A stretch of DNA of 33,861 bases, taken from contig NKIB01000285.1 of assembly GCA_002256025.1 (NCBI GenBank), positions 1 to 33,861 of the forward strand. Reading direction: 5' to 3'. Origin of the DNA: Asterionella formosa. Its lineage: Eukaryota. Below are positions 1-11,050 of the stretch, one piece after another. A program made the position numbers and the translations under genes. Positions within the stretch are counted from its first letter, which is position 1. Every line of letters begins with the position of its first letter. The notes under the pieces were generated by a model. That model saw nothing but the letters and a program-made list of their open reading frames with translations. It made no database searches and was not told the origin of the DNA.

Positions 1-85
1 ACCGTACTGTATTACAGTAGTGCATCACTACTAGTACATACATCACAGTACCACGTAGTACAGAACTATGTATGTCACACAAACA
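1..85 (-). repeat. 3' LTR (partial)
   Basis: 1-77 identical to 6476-6552; 78-85 cacaaaca vs 6553-6560 gactaaca (2 mismatches); begins TGTT on the element strand directly after the PPT. Confidence 0.93.
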
Positions 86-102
86 CCCCCCCCCCCTCGC
101 TC
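86..102 (-). promoter_or_regulatory. Polypurine tract (plus-strand primer site)
   Basis: Element strand reads GAGCGA followed by G11, immediately before the TG of the 3' LTR. Confidence 0.9.
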
Positions 103-1985
103 AAAAGGCTGTTTTGAGGGAAGAATCAAGTGGGACAGAGGAGACATAAGTTGGACCAAGGCGGCCAGTGATAGTATCAAGATGGCGGGCAAACAGGATA
201 CCTCCAGTTTGCTTTGTAATGGCATCAGCAGCGTTGAATCCTGAGGGAACATCCTCCAGAGCAACAAGATCACGTTCAACCCAATCAGTTAGGGCATAAT
301 GACGAATGTCAATGTGCCGTGACTGTTTAGTAGGTTGGCCGGCATGAGCCATCAAAAGGGCACCACGGTTGTCCTCATAGAGGAGGGTAGCATATGTCTG
401 GGGAACATGAAGTTCATCTAGCTAAGATGGAGCGAAGGTAGAGGGCCATTTTCCCAGCATCACTTGCAGCAAGAAATTCAGCTTCAGTGGAACTGAGGGA
501 GACTGTGGGTTGAACACGACATTTCCAGGCAATTGCAGCACCAGCAAGTTTGAAGACAATCCCTGATATGGAACGACGGTGATGGATATCCATAGCCCAG
601 TCAGAATCAACATACCCAAAGACAGCAAATGGAGAGTAATGCGCAGTGGCAGCAGAAACATCATGGAGGAGATGTTGATCATTTGGACGGGTAAGTAAAG
701 GAGGAGGAGATACAAAAGGGAGAGTGGAGTGGGGTGCAGTACGCCAATAGGTGAGACCATGGTCAATCGTACCAGAAAGGTAACGGAAGACCCGCTTAAC
801 AGCAGTGTAATATAAAGCTGAAGGACTGGTTGAAAACTGACTGAGTTTGACCACTGGAAAACTGATTTCAGGGCGACAAGTGATCATAGCCCAGATAAGC
901 TCCCCAATAGCACCACGATATCGGAAATGGGCTTTCTCTAAGGCATGACATTCGGTCTCAGTGGTAGGAGCAGTAGCAGTGTCAAGGGTGCGGATATATT
1001 CATTATCAGCAGGCATGGGCAAATGTGTGGGTTTCATATCATCCCAACCATGATTAGAAAGAAGTTTGCGGATATAAGAACCACAGTGTACAGTGATGAA
1101 GGTGCGAGTTTGAACAATGTCAAGACCATTATAGTGTGTCAAGAGTCCTTGGCGTTTCATGGGTACAAGAAGGTTTGTGTCAAGAGAGTTGCAAATTTGA
1201 GTGTAAAGCTGTTCATTGTTAGTGGCAATGGCGAAATCATCCACTTGGCGAAGAAATAGGACATTTTCTTTGTTGATAGTGGCACAATAAATGCAGGGAG
1301 CATGGACAGTAGGAATAAACTGGTAAGTTTGAAGGATATTATCAATGTGACGAGACCACTGACGAGGGGCTTCAGGGTGACCTTGGAGATTCTTGAGAAT
1401 GGGAATGACAAAATCTGCTGGAATGGGGGAACGCCCTTTGCTGGCCCACCAATCACGAAAGTGAACATCAACTCGCATAAAATATTGTTGTTCAGGAGCA
1501 GCAGCTTCAGCAAAAGCATTAGAAACATCAGCTCCATAGATTAACTTGTTTTCAAGAGTAGCAAGGGCAAAGAAGAGGCGAAGATCGGTCATATCAGGGG
1601 TGGGAGCATAAGTGGGTCCATGGATTTGTGCTTGGCCACCACGAGTAGAACCATCACAAACAGCTCTTGCCTTTTTACGATATTTATCTTCATCCTTAAC
1701 CTTGTAGATCCAAACCCAATGGAAGATTGCAGCACCAGGAGGAGGAGCAACAGGGGAACCAAACATGTCTTGCTTATCATATTGATCAAGCTGCTCAAAT
1801 TCGGAGGCAAGCCAATCGGACCAGTCAGATTGTTTTTGAAGTCCTTGTCTAGTAAGACGACAGGCAAGGGCACCAGAAGGAGTAGAAGAGGATTGACGAA
1901 GACTGTGAGTGATCGTGCGCAAGTCACGAAGTTGATCAAAGTAGAGTTGAGGAAGTCCAGAAGAAGAGAGAGAGTTCCGAAAATT
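101..1985 (-). pseudogene. pol: Copia reverse transcriptase + RNase H (frameshifted near 420)
   Basis: WIYKVK..KKARAVCDGS, GADVSNAF, LKNLQG, RQVDDF, GYVDSDWA..RRSISG, SLSSTEAEF; continues after a 4-bp insertion as LLYEDNRGA..SRHIDIRHY..AADAITK. Confidence 0.95.
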
Positions 1986-2290
1986 CATCAAAAGTAAAGC
2001 AGATGGTGCAGGTGGTGGCGTTATGGTGACGAAGTGTTTGAATGACTTGTTTAAAGTCAGAAAGATTGTCAATCGAAACATCATTGATGTAGAGAATGTA
2101 GGCAAGGCGAAGGCGGGATCTCCATCTACTGATGCGAGCAGCAGGTGTACCAGAAAGACAGGCCAGGAGACGAAGGCGACCACGAAGAGAATCAAATTGA
2201 AGGTGTAGACCAGCAGTTTCATGGGTTCCAGTGATTGGTATGGTTTCAACAAAGGACGGACCAAAGGGATTTCCAGATAATTCAATAGAC
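1985..2290 (-). other. PDZ-like domain within pol, between integrase and RT
   Basis: ORF 1936..2415: GLHLQF..RLRLLACLSGTPAA..LRLAYILYINDVSI..DFKQVIQTL..CTICF resembles the PDZ pattern Gxxh..hh.V.PGSPAA..L.xGDxIhxINg..v....h..h. Confidence 0.6.
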
Positions 2291-2559
2291 ATGACTTCAG
2301 GAGCAGTAAGGGATGCTGCTGCAGCAGCAAGAGGTGGACCACATTCAACAGATGGGGTAATGCTGCCTGTTGGAAGATGGGGATCTATAGGAGTTGTGGC
2401 AGGGCTGGACAACACGGCGAAATCATACTGGCATAATTCACCAAAGGGAAGAGGAAGTTGGCATGCAAGAGGAGAAGAGAAACGAGAGGGAAGGCCATGG
2501 TGCAGAGTTTTTCAACAGATAGGTGGAGGAATGTTCACTACTATCAGCAGCAGGAGTAG

Positions 2560-3688
2560 ACACCAATGTAGGTATCATGGCAGGATGGGAAGTATGTAAA
2601 CCAAGGTCAAAAAGAAATTGCGGACCAGGGGGTCGATGGGAGGAGGTATAATGTGATTCATCAAAGGTGAAACTGCCACCAACTTTAACCCGTCCAGCAG
2701 AATGAACATCAATATACATCACATTTTTGGTGGACCCTTCATAACCAAGGAATATACCATCATAAGTGTGACGATCCAATTTTGCAGGGCGATCACCAGG
2801 AATACGAGTTGTTAAAAGAGATCCAAAAACACGCAAGTGGGAAAGATCAGGCTTATGTCCGTTCCACAATTCAAAGGGTGTACAAGCAAGAGCAGAATGC
2901 CACAGACGGTTCTTGAGATGCACAGCATGGACAAGGGCTGCACTCCAATATTTGGGTGGTAGGCCAGAAGAATAAAGAAGTGAGTGCACCATGACACCAA
3001 AAGTGCCATTGAGACGTTCAACTTTGCCATTTTGATGAGGACTGTCACTACCAGTAGGTTCCATGATATATCCTGCATGAGCAGTGACATCTCGTAAGGC
3101 GGCAGAGCGCCAAAGCTCACCTCCTTGATCAAGGCGGAGAGCACGGTAACCAGTTGGAAGACCATTCTGGAGCAAGAAGGTTTTAACAAGGTCAATGGGT
3201 GGGGCCTTGCTGGTAGTGAGAAAAATCCAAGTGAATCGAGTTTTGGCATCCGTAATGAGGAGATAGGAATTGTATCCATCATAGGAGTCAACAACACGTG
3301 ATGCACCAGGTGTCTTATGAAAAATGAACCCAAAATCGAAATGAAAACGAGAACCAGGGAGGAGGTGATCGACAGGGGATATGGGGCCCATGGGATTCCT
3401 CCGGGCACGGGCATCACTGCAGATTTTGCAATGGTGTAGTGGATGAACTTGGTGATGTAGGCCATGAGGAAGACCAGTGGCACACTGTTGTAAATGGCGA
3501 AGCTGATGCATGCCAGGATGACCAAGTCGTTGATGCCAGAGTTCAGTGGAAAGCAAAGGTGACAATCTGCTGGCATGAGGTGTGATTGTCAATTGTTTGA
3601 AGTAGAAGAGATTGTTTGTGAGAGTCAAGGGCGCATCAGAAAAATGATCATCAGAGGATCTGAAGAAGCGTACAAATGCACTGTCCAT
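2560..3688 (-). pseudogene. pol: Copia integrase (HHCC zinc finger and DD35E core)
   Basis: LWHQRLGHPG...CKIC; HFDFG; LRLDQGGE; SPHQNGKVERLN; WNGHKPDLSHLRVFGS; GIFLGY; frameshift at about 2500-2560. Confidence 0.95.
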
Positions 3689-4357
3689 ATTGTGGCAGTG
3701 TATTTCAAAACCAGAGAAGTTGTTGTAAGATTGTGAGCAAATATGTTGTGGGGAAATCAGAGTCTCAGAGAGTTGTGGGCATCAATACATCATAATTTCT
3801 GCAGTAGTTCCATTAGTGAAAAACAGGGAGAAGAAACCAAAGCCAGGGCAGAGCATACCAGAGACAGAAGCGTCCGCACCTAAGAGGTCAAAAGGTTTGT
3901 CTAAAGGGGTATAGTGGTGGAGAAGGGAGAGATTGGCAGTAGCACAAATATTGGCCCCAATATCACATTGCTCACCCACAGCTGCATGAGGATGTTGTAA
4001 TGGGGTATTTACAGAAAGATCATTAAGACGAGCAGTATGGACAATAGGAAGGAGATCAGGAAAAGGAGCTGAATGGAGAAGTTGGGGGGGGAAGTGGGGG
4101 TGCACAGTCCAGATGGAGATGAAGGTTGTCAGGAAGAGTAACAGCCCTAGTAGGACATAGAAGTTGTGTGGTGTGGGGAGAAGCAACAAGAGGAGAAGAG
4201 GTCGTAGGAGCCAGTGGAGTAACCAAGAGCGGGAGATCACATGAAGAAGCCGGAGGTATTGGCGGTGACAACAGAGCATTGGGCTCTCCGACAGTTGTCC
4301 CGCCATCCCGAGGAAGCCGTTCATCATTCTGGGGATGGTAAAATGACCGGCTTAGAG
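3689..4357 (-). pseudogene. pol: pol N-terminus with aspartic protease
   Basis: QCDIGANICAT (D-[STI]-G-A motif) ... ETLISPQ; in-frame TGA at 3782-3784; frame change at the G8 run 4084-4091. Confidence 0.8.
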
Positions 4358-4364
4358 AAAATCC
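4303..4364 (-). promoter_or_regulatory. Candidate -1 programmed ribosomal frameshift signal (gag/pol)
   Basis: G GAT TTT heptamer at 4364-4358 just before the gag TAA; 6-nt spacer; stem-loop whose loop CCATCCC can pair with downstream GGGATGG; -1 frame is open to 4056. Confidence 0.6.
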
Positions 4365-5754
4365 ACTTCGTAAATGACATTGTCCAGTGTGAGATTAAGA
4401 TCAGAGACTGGAATATCAGGTTGAAGATGGTGTAAGTGATGTGCCATAGCACGCCGGTGAGTGGTGCTGTGAAGCTCTTTCCATGTAGCAGCAGCCCGAT
4501 CAGCATGGTCTTGATGAGAGGAGATATATTGGTGGACAAGGTAATGCTTGGCAAGGGTTGAGCACCGAGTGGCAGAGTGTCCCCAAGTGCCACATGCATC
4601 ACATTGAAGCTCCTCACGTTGGCGGAAGGGGTGATGAGGAGGCCTACTAGTAGATGAAGTGGGAGGTCCAGAGGAAGGAGGGCGGGAAGGATGATGCCGG
4701 AGACGGTGTGCAAAGGGAATCAAGGGAGTGTCATGATGAAAAGAACCTTAGAAAGTTCACCCTGCCGATAAGCTAGGATTGCTGCTGCAAATTTCACTGG
4801 ATCAACAGAATCAGAATAGCGAGGGAGTGGTGCAAGAGCTGATGAAGTAGTGTCAGCAGCATGGGCAAGGAGAGCATGTAAGAAGTAGTATGCAGCAAGC
4901 TTGCTATCAGAATGGGTGACATGCTCTAGGTAAAGGAGGCGAATAATTTCATTTTTCATGTCAAGGGCAGTGGAGCTTTGTAGTTTGAGAAGTAAGAGGC
5001 TACCCATTTCAAAGACAATAGGTGTGGGAAGATTTTGGGGCCAAAGAGCATGACCCTTTTGGAATTGGCAAAGAGGACAGAGATCAATCTGGGTGGCAGT
5101 AGCTTGTTGACAAAGTTTCCTATACCAGTCATGGATGTCAGCAGGAGCAGTAGAGGCAAGGGTAGGTAGGTCAATTGAGAGGAAAGATTTTTTATCGATA
5201 TTGATGGCAGTGGTGATACTAGTGGATTTCCAAAGGGGATGTGGACTCAACGGAGCAGTGGCAGCACCAGTACCAGAACGTCGCTCAAGATCCTTGGTGT
5301 CAGCCTGAAGAATAGCATCATGGTATGAATGGGAATATAGAGGAGGAGATGGTAAGCCAGGTGGGGAAAGGGTTGAACCAAGGTTGGCATGAGGAGTGTT
5401 ACTTGGAGGTTCAAGAAGGACGGCAGCAGGAGGAGAGTTTTGTAGAGCAGGAGGAGAGAGGAACAAAGCAAATGCATCACTATCAAACTCATGAATCCAG
5501 TCAAAGTTGTTGCTGCCACCAGTGTCAGAAGACTGTGCAAACCACATAACTAGTCCCATGATGGTGTCACTGTCAAGCCAATCCCACAGGGGGTCAGCGA
5601 CAAGAGAAGGGGGAAGAAGAGAGGTATCAGTGTCATCACCATGATGGATACGCCGCAATGCACGTTGGAATTTAGAAAGAGTGAGGCGGGGATGATTGGT
5701 CATAAAGACTGCAATGGAGTCGGGAGCTAGGCCTGCTTGAAATAAGATGTCCAT
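4352..5754 (-). pseudogene. gag: gag (broken into two frames near 4720-4745) with CCHC zinc knuckle
   Basis: ORFs 4720..5754 and 4352..4723; CDACGTWGHSATRC = CX2CX4HX4C; lies between PBS and pol. Confidence 0.85.
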
Positions 5755-6356
5755 AACAGATCCAGGAATGTAGGAGGGAGGGGAAGAGCTGGCCTTTTTT
5801 TTTTAAAGAAATGAATTGAAGAAGAAGTTGGAGAGACAGACAGACCGAGAAATGGGGGATGGAAGGACAGACCACAGAGGAGACCGAAAAAAAGGATGGA
5901 AGGACAGACCTTTAAAAGATAACACAGCCAAACAAAAGAAGAAAAAAAATGGTATCCACACCCAGGAAAAGGGAACAGAGAAGCAGACAGAACGTGCGAA
6001 TTTCGTGACAGATGGTTGTGTCACAGGAGCAAACAGGATGGTATGGGCTGATACGGAGATGGCTGGCGGCCTCTTTTGTGAAGGAAGACAAAAAAGATGA
6101 CAGGAATGTGCTGAAAAGAAGGGCAAGGAAGGAGAGAAGTAGAGGGGGGTGGTGGTAGTCCAGAACTTCAAGGAATGGGAAAGGCTGTGTGGCCGGAAAA
6201 GCACGTAGAAGTAATGCAAGACACAGAAGATGCGTTTTTGTACTGTGTAGACAGAATTTCAAAGCAGAAGCGAAGAAGAAGTGGGTTGAACGACACCTCA
6301 CAGTGGCTACGGAAGAGAAACAAGAAGAGGAGTTGAGGGGTCAGGCAACTGCAAAA

Positions 6357-6368
6357 GGGCTCATAACC
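6357..6368 (-). promoter_or_regulatory. Primer binding site complementary to the anticodon arm of initiator tRNA-Met
   Basis: Element strand GGTTATGAGCCC directly after the LTR terminal CA; complement GGGCUCAUAACC contains the CAU anticodon loop. Confidence 0.85.
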
Positions 6369-6560
6369 TGTCAATGCAATATCAAAAGATGAAATGCAAA
6401 ATTATAATACTACTCAGGATATTCTTCTACGATAGGAATGTAGGTAGATGTAGTGTAGATGCATATCAAGTACATACCGTACTGTATTACAGTAGTGCAT
6501 CACTACTAGTACATACATCACAGTACCACGTAGTACAGAACTATGTATGTCAGACTAACA
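6369..6560 (-). repeat. 5' LTR, 192 bp, TGT...ACA termini
   Basis: Bounded by the PBS on one side and by the end of homology with 1-85 on the other; flank aacct (6561-6565) is the candidate TSD, its partner lies outside the window. Confidence 0.9.
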
Positions 6561-6655
6561 AACCTTGACAGGCAATATGAACATTGCTGTCCTAAATATA
6601 TATATACTCATAACCCTTATACCTGGCAAAGTATCACTACCGTATACGGGTACCA

Positions 6656-8290
6656 GTTGTAAATGGCTTTGAGCCACATTATTATATTGTTTTCCGACTA
6701 ATTCTAGAAGTATGCTAAAATCGATCCCCTCTTAGCCCTTTGGCACGATATTTGTTAGTTCATTGAACTACATAAGAATTAGATCATTTCTTTACTTGAA
6801 CATATATTCACTGAAATCTATCCATTTTAAAAGTACCAAAAACGGTCGAAGTGGCTCAAAGCCATTGATTAAAATTTTGCCATACAAGTACTTATTTATA
6901 TAGCCAACGGTTAGAAAATATTATATCGTTTGCATGTTTTTTGCAGTTGTTGCATCGTTTTTAGACTGATGGTGTTCTTGTTGGTTCTATCTCCTCGCAT
7001 TTTTCGCAGTAGTTGTTGCATCATTCTTAGACTTGTGGTCCTCCCAAAGGGTGCTGAGGAAGTGGCGCTGTTTCAGCAGTTGCAACTGGTACTGCAGCAT
7101 CGCCACGCATCATTGTGTCATGGAATCTAGTAACTAGTAGTTTATTTGATGTTGGTAATAGAAGATCCTCGCCTGCTCGCTTTTATCACATCGCCATTGT
7201 TTTCATTTGTGTTACTGTCCACTCAGCTGGCTGTTTTTTAAGCGATCGGATTGCATAATCCTTGTTTGCAAGAACCATGTGTGCGTATATTTTCCGATTC
7301 TCTCGCTCAATCTACACTTCTTCTGCATGCCTCTTCTTCTTTAGCTGGTCATAGAACACTTCAGGCAGCAAGTACCTGCCTGCAGCGACATGAAGACCGG
7401 CTGTGTATCGTTTATTGCTTGAAATCGCCTCTAGTGCTGTTTCTTTTCGTTGGCAGGCAAGTTTGTCCAGATGTATTCCGTTTCTAGCATCCTCAAGATT
7501 GCTATACTGTACGATCTGATCCACAAGAGTTGCAGTGATGCCTTGGCTCAAGTTTAGCCCAGATGGGGGAATAGAAGAGACGGGTTGATTATTGTTTGTT
7601 TCTGATTGCAGATTTGAGGTACTTGCCAGTTGAATTTCTGGATGGAGTAACAAGTTGTTGTTCAATGGGACCCAACCTTTTTCAGCAACAACGATATGGG
7701 CAAAGGATTCATCCCATGCTTTCAACACCAGGTCAACAATACCTTTCTTTTCAACAGCACATGCAGTATGGCGCCTTTCCTTTAGGGTGAGTAAGTCTCT
7801 CTTGCATTTCGTGATTTGGATCTTTAAACTTGATTTTACAGTCAGGGTAGAAATTGATGAACTATGTCCTGCTAACAACTGTGAATCATTTATTGTCATA
7901 GTAGCATATAATTGCACTAATGAATTAGTTGCCTTTCCCGCCTGATTTAGCTTCTACAGATGGTACTGAACTAAAGTTAGTGTTTGCCAAGCCAGTGTAC
8001 TAGCCGCAATTGATGCAACAATATTCGATATTGCACCATATAGTAGTGTGACATTGTTATTTGCCTTTCAAAGTTTCTAATTCCATTACCATGTATTTTT
8101 TAAATAATTGACACTACAGTCTTATCCAAAGAAATAGGTAGTATCACCTTGTACTTTTTTGGATGGTTGAGGCTGCTTTCTTGCTGTCATAGGTTTGATC
8201 GTTGTTAATGAGATGACTGCGATTTGCCTCAATTTTTGGTTTGTTGTAAGAGATTTCTGCTGTGCATTACGGTCTCTGACATGAAAATAA
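6656..8290 (-). mobile_element. pogo-like DNA transposon derivative, copy A (internally deleted)
   Basis: ORF 7312..7917 has KCKRDLL..IVDLVLKAWDESFA..KGWVPLNNNLLLHPEI, resembling the C-terminal part of pogo/DDE_1 transposases; homologous in inverted orientation to 31965-33522; terminal 22 bp identical between copies. Confidence 0.75.
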
Positions 8291-8559
8291 TATGACTCCA
8301 TTTCTTGGCCTTGAAGAAATTTTGCATTCATTTACTAAGAGTGACTAATTGATTCATTTATCGCTATAGTACATGGTCCATGGCGGTTAAACGCAACTAA
8401 ATAAATATTAGATATTAAGTTTTCTACATAAATGTATTTATGTATTTCCCGGAGATGGTATAACATTTGTTTGCCACTTTTGGGCTGATCACTACTTTCC
8501 GACACATTCATCTGGTTATCTAAAACACAAGACCTAATCGACAACTAGATATCTTGTAT

Positions 8560-9021
8560 CCGGCGCAACATCAGGAACAAATTTGTTGTACTAAAAGTGG
8601 TCGTAACTGGAATATAAAAAAATCTAATCAAGATGATGCCCAAAAAGCATGGTGTTTGCAGGATCCGGTTGCCTTCAATATAGATTTGCTTCGGTTTTTG
8701 GGCAGCACAGTCAAGGAGCAACAAAATACACAAAGAGTATTTACAAGCAATGTGGAATGGAGATTACAGAACTCAAACAAGAATTGTTCTGGAAGCAAAA
8801 GGAAAAGCGCCAGAACGACGATGCAGTCTACAAAGCGAACCTGAAACAGAAGAGGAAAAGAACAAGAAAATACCTGCTGTACAATTTGAAACAGTGAAAC
8901 AAGCAAGACAAGACAACAAATCGGGTAAAACATACAGTACAGTTGTGGCGCTAACAGATGTTCATGAGGCAGCAGCAGGAAAGGACACAACGACAAATGA
9001 ACGATGCAAACATTGCGGCCA
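8560..9021 (+). pseudogene. Degenerate transposase-like C-terminal fragment (possibly Mutator-like)
   Basis: Frameshifted PKSMVFAGSGCLQYRFASVFGQHSQG, Lys/Arg-rich helix, DNKSGKTYS and CKHCG; ends at the TIR element starting at 9022. Confidence 0.35.
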
Positions 9022-10332
9022 TCTGCAAATAAAAACTATCATGCATATAGGATCAATGGTATTGTATGCTAAGTGGCACAGGATTTTTTTATGATAGTTT
9101 TTGGATCAAAAATATGATCAATATATCATATAATTATGATCATGCAGTAAACTTTTACCGAGCTTGAAGTATGATGATATTATCATAGCTATAATACCAT
9201 TGCATCATATTATTAGTTAAACATAGTCCTATGATTTGTATACTTCTGTCATACATCTATCTTATTGGGGAGAAAAATAGGCTTCTCTATGTTTGCCCAT
9301 TTTCAAGAATACATTCAAATGGACCAAGATTGTAGCTATTCGGTTCAACAATCAATGTATCTCGAATCTGCGGTGGCTGCTTTTCCTCGGCTCAATAAAC
9401 CTTGTTCATTTTGGAAGCGCTTAATCCATCCAGTCTTTGCTTTGAATGGCCCAACGACTGATCAAAAGAGAAAAAGAAATTGTATGTAGGATGCATCACT
9501 TTAATAACATCTACTGCATTATCAAACATTGCTTAGTGGTTATAGGTCCAGTAGCCTTCTTTGTTCCCTCCCTAATACTCAGCCAAGAAAGTACACTATA
9601 AGAAAGGCTTTATAAAAATGGACGAACCATAGACTTACATAGCAGAATCGGTATCAGCATAACTTGATACTAGTATTAGAGTGTGTTAATCACTCTGTTA
9701 ATGTAAATAGACAGTCTCTTGCTTCATTGTGCATATCACTTGCTTTGCTGCATTTCAATTCTAGATGTATTATGTTCTAGTTAGAGATGTTACATAGAAG
9801 TAAATTGTGCTGTTCTATATTGGATGTTCTTTATGATTGAGGTTGTAACACAGATCGATGCTTCCGGTGACAGACCAGAAACATTCTTGTTGTGTGATGA
9901 GCCATTTCGTTTTCATTGGATTTCTTTTCAAGCTCTTAATGGATTGCATACAAACATGCTGTGCACTGTAGATGATGATTAATCGAAGACATATGATGAC
10001 TTGAATGACAAATGAAGATTTTGTCACAAACACTCATTCATCTTGACATGGCTTTTTGTCGTTGTTGCAAGAATCGGAGTGAGGACTGGAGAGTATGATG
10101 AAACAAACCACATTACTTCAGCTGGTACATTGTTATCTTACCAAGAAATTTAAATAAAGGAACCCAATAGAAAGAACAATACACATAATAATTAAATGGA
10201 CAAAGTCAAAAGGGTTACTATTTATATTACGAGGGCATTTATCAAAATTATTAGATGTTATAACGAAAAATATGATCAGATGATCATAATCCTATGATGC
10301 ATCATAGTAATATGATGGTTTTTATTTGCAGA
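9022..10332 (-). mobile_element. TIR DNA transposon (IS630/Tc1/mariner-related), internally deleted
   Basis: 21-bp inverted repeats tctgcaaataaaaac(t/c)atcat at 9022-9042 and 10312-10332; subterminal tatgatca motifs; transposase remnant inside. Confidence 0.7.
9270..9720 (-). pseudogene. DDE transposase remnant (IS630/Tc1-related)
   Basis: Manual translation EY*GGNKEGYWTYNH*AMFDNAVDVIKVMHPTYNFFFSFDQSLGHSKQRLDGLSASKMNK..KQPPQIRDT; not in the ORF track because of stops. Confidence 0.7.
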
Positions 10333-10369
10333 CATATCTATGCTGACAATGGAAGCTTTGTACCATCTT

Positions 10370-11050
10370 ACATTTGCAATTGAGAAGACAGATGTAGTCG
10401 GAGTTGTTGCACATGCTAGGGAAAAATGTTTTGCGAGATTACGCACAAACAGGCTGGGGACCTTTTAACTATAATTGTTTGTTGAATCCTGAAATACAGC
10501 TGACGAAATTTGGTGTTGTCCCATTGAATTGAATCTCACACAGCAACAGAACCTCTATTATACCTGACCAGCTCAACCTGTGACAAGGACTTTCAGGAAC
10601 TCTTACAAATCAAATTGCTGAATAAAAAACAGAAAAGATTTGCGAAATGTTAATGATGCAGTAGAACATGCCAGGAAAAGAAAGCAATCAATACACACAA
10701 ACAAATGACTTCAGGACTGCACTTTGCTGTTGGAAACACTGGTCTAGGACCACCGCGTTTTGAGCACATGATAGAAATCAAATGCCAGCATAAAATTGAG
10801 GAACAAAAAAGGAGCAGAGATTAAATCAAAGGTTATTTGAATTGTCACAGAAGGTACATGCCATCAGAGGGACTGGAAAGGAAGCTGGAAGAAGCTACAA
10901 TGTATCTGAACTGAAAACAATGGTGACATGGAACAAGCTTGACGGCGATGCGCCGCTTCAAATAACCAGAAAGAACTTGTTGGGCAAGATAATTGGAGAC
11001 TTGTTGCCATGGAGAAAAGGATTCTCCATATCCAATTTGACCTCTTGATG
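10370..11050 (+). pseudogene. pogo-like transposase remnant, copy C (divergent)
   Basis: EKTDVVGVVAHAREKCFARLRTN / GWGPFNYNCLLNPEIQLT / LNLTQ / YNVSELKTMVTWNKLDGDAPL, paralleling motifs in copies A and B. Confidence 0.7.

Larger units (their letters stand above)
1..6560 (-). mobile_element. Ty1/copia LTR retrotransposon (CoDi-like), decayed; 3' LTR cut by window edge
   Basis: 1-85 repeats 6476-6560; PBS and PPT abut the LTRs; minus-strand domain order gag(CCHC)-PR-IN-RT-RH is diagnostic of copia; several frameshifts and stops. Confidence 0.97.

Noticed and set aside
945..2599. Plus-strand ORFs antisense to copia pol
   Set aside because: Shadow ORFs of the minus-strand coding region with no recognisable motifs
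5755..6356. ORFs in the copia 5' leader (e.g. 5803..6219, 5912..6301) as an extra or env-like gene
   Set aside because: Low-complexity pyrimidine-rich leader gives Phe/Leu/Ser-rich spurious ORFs in several frames
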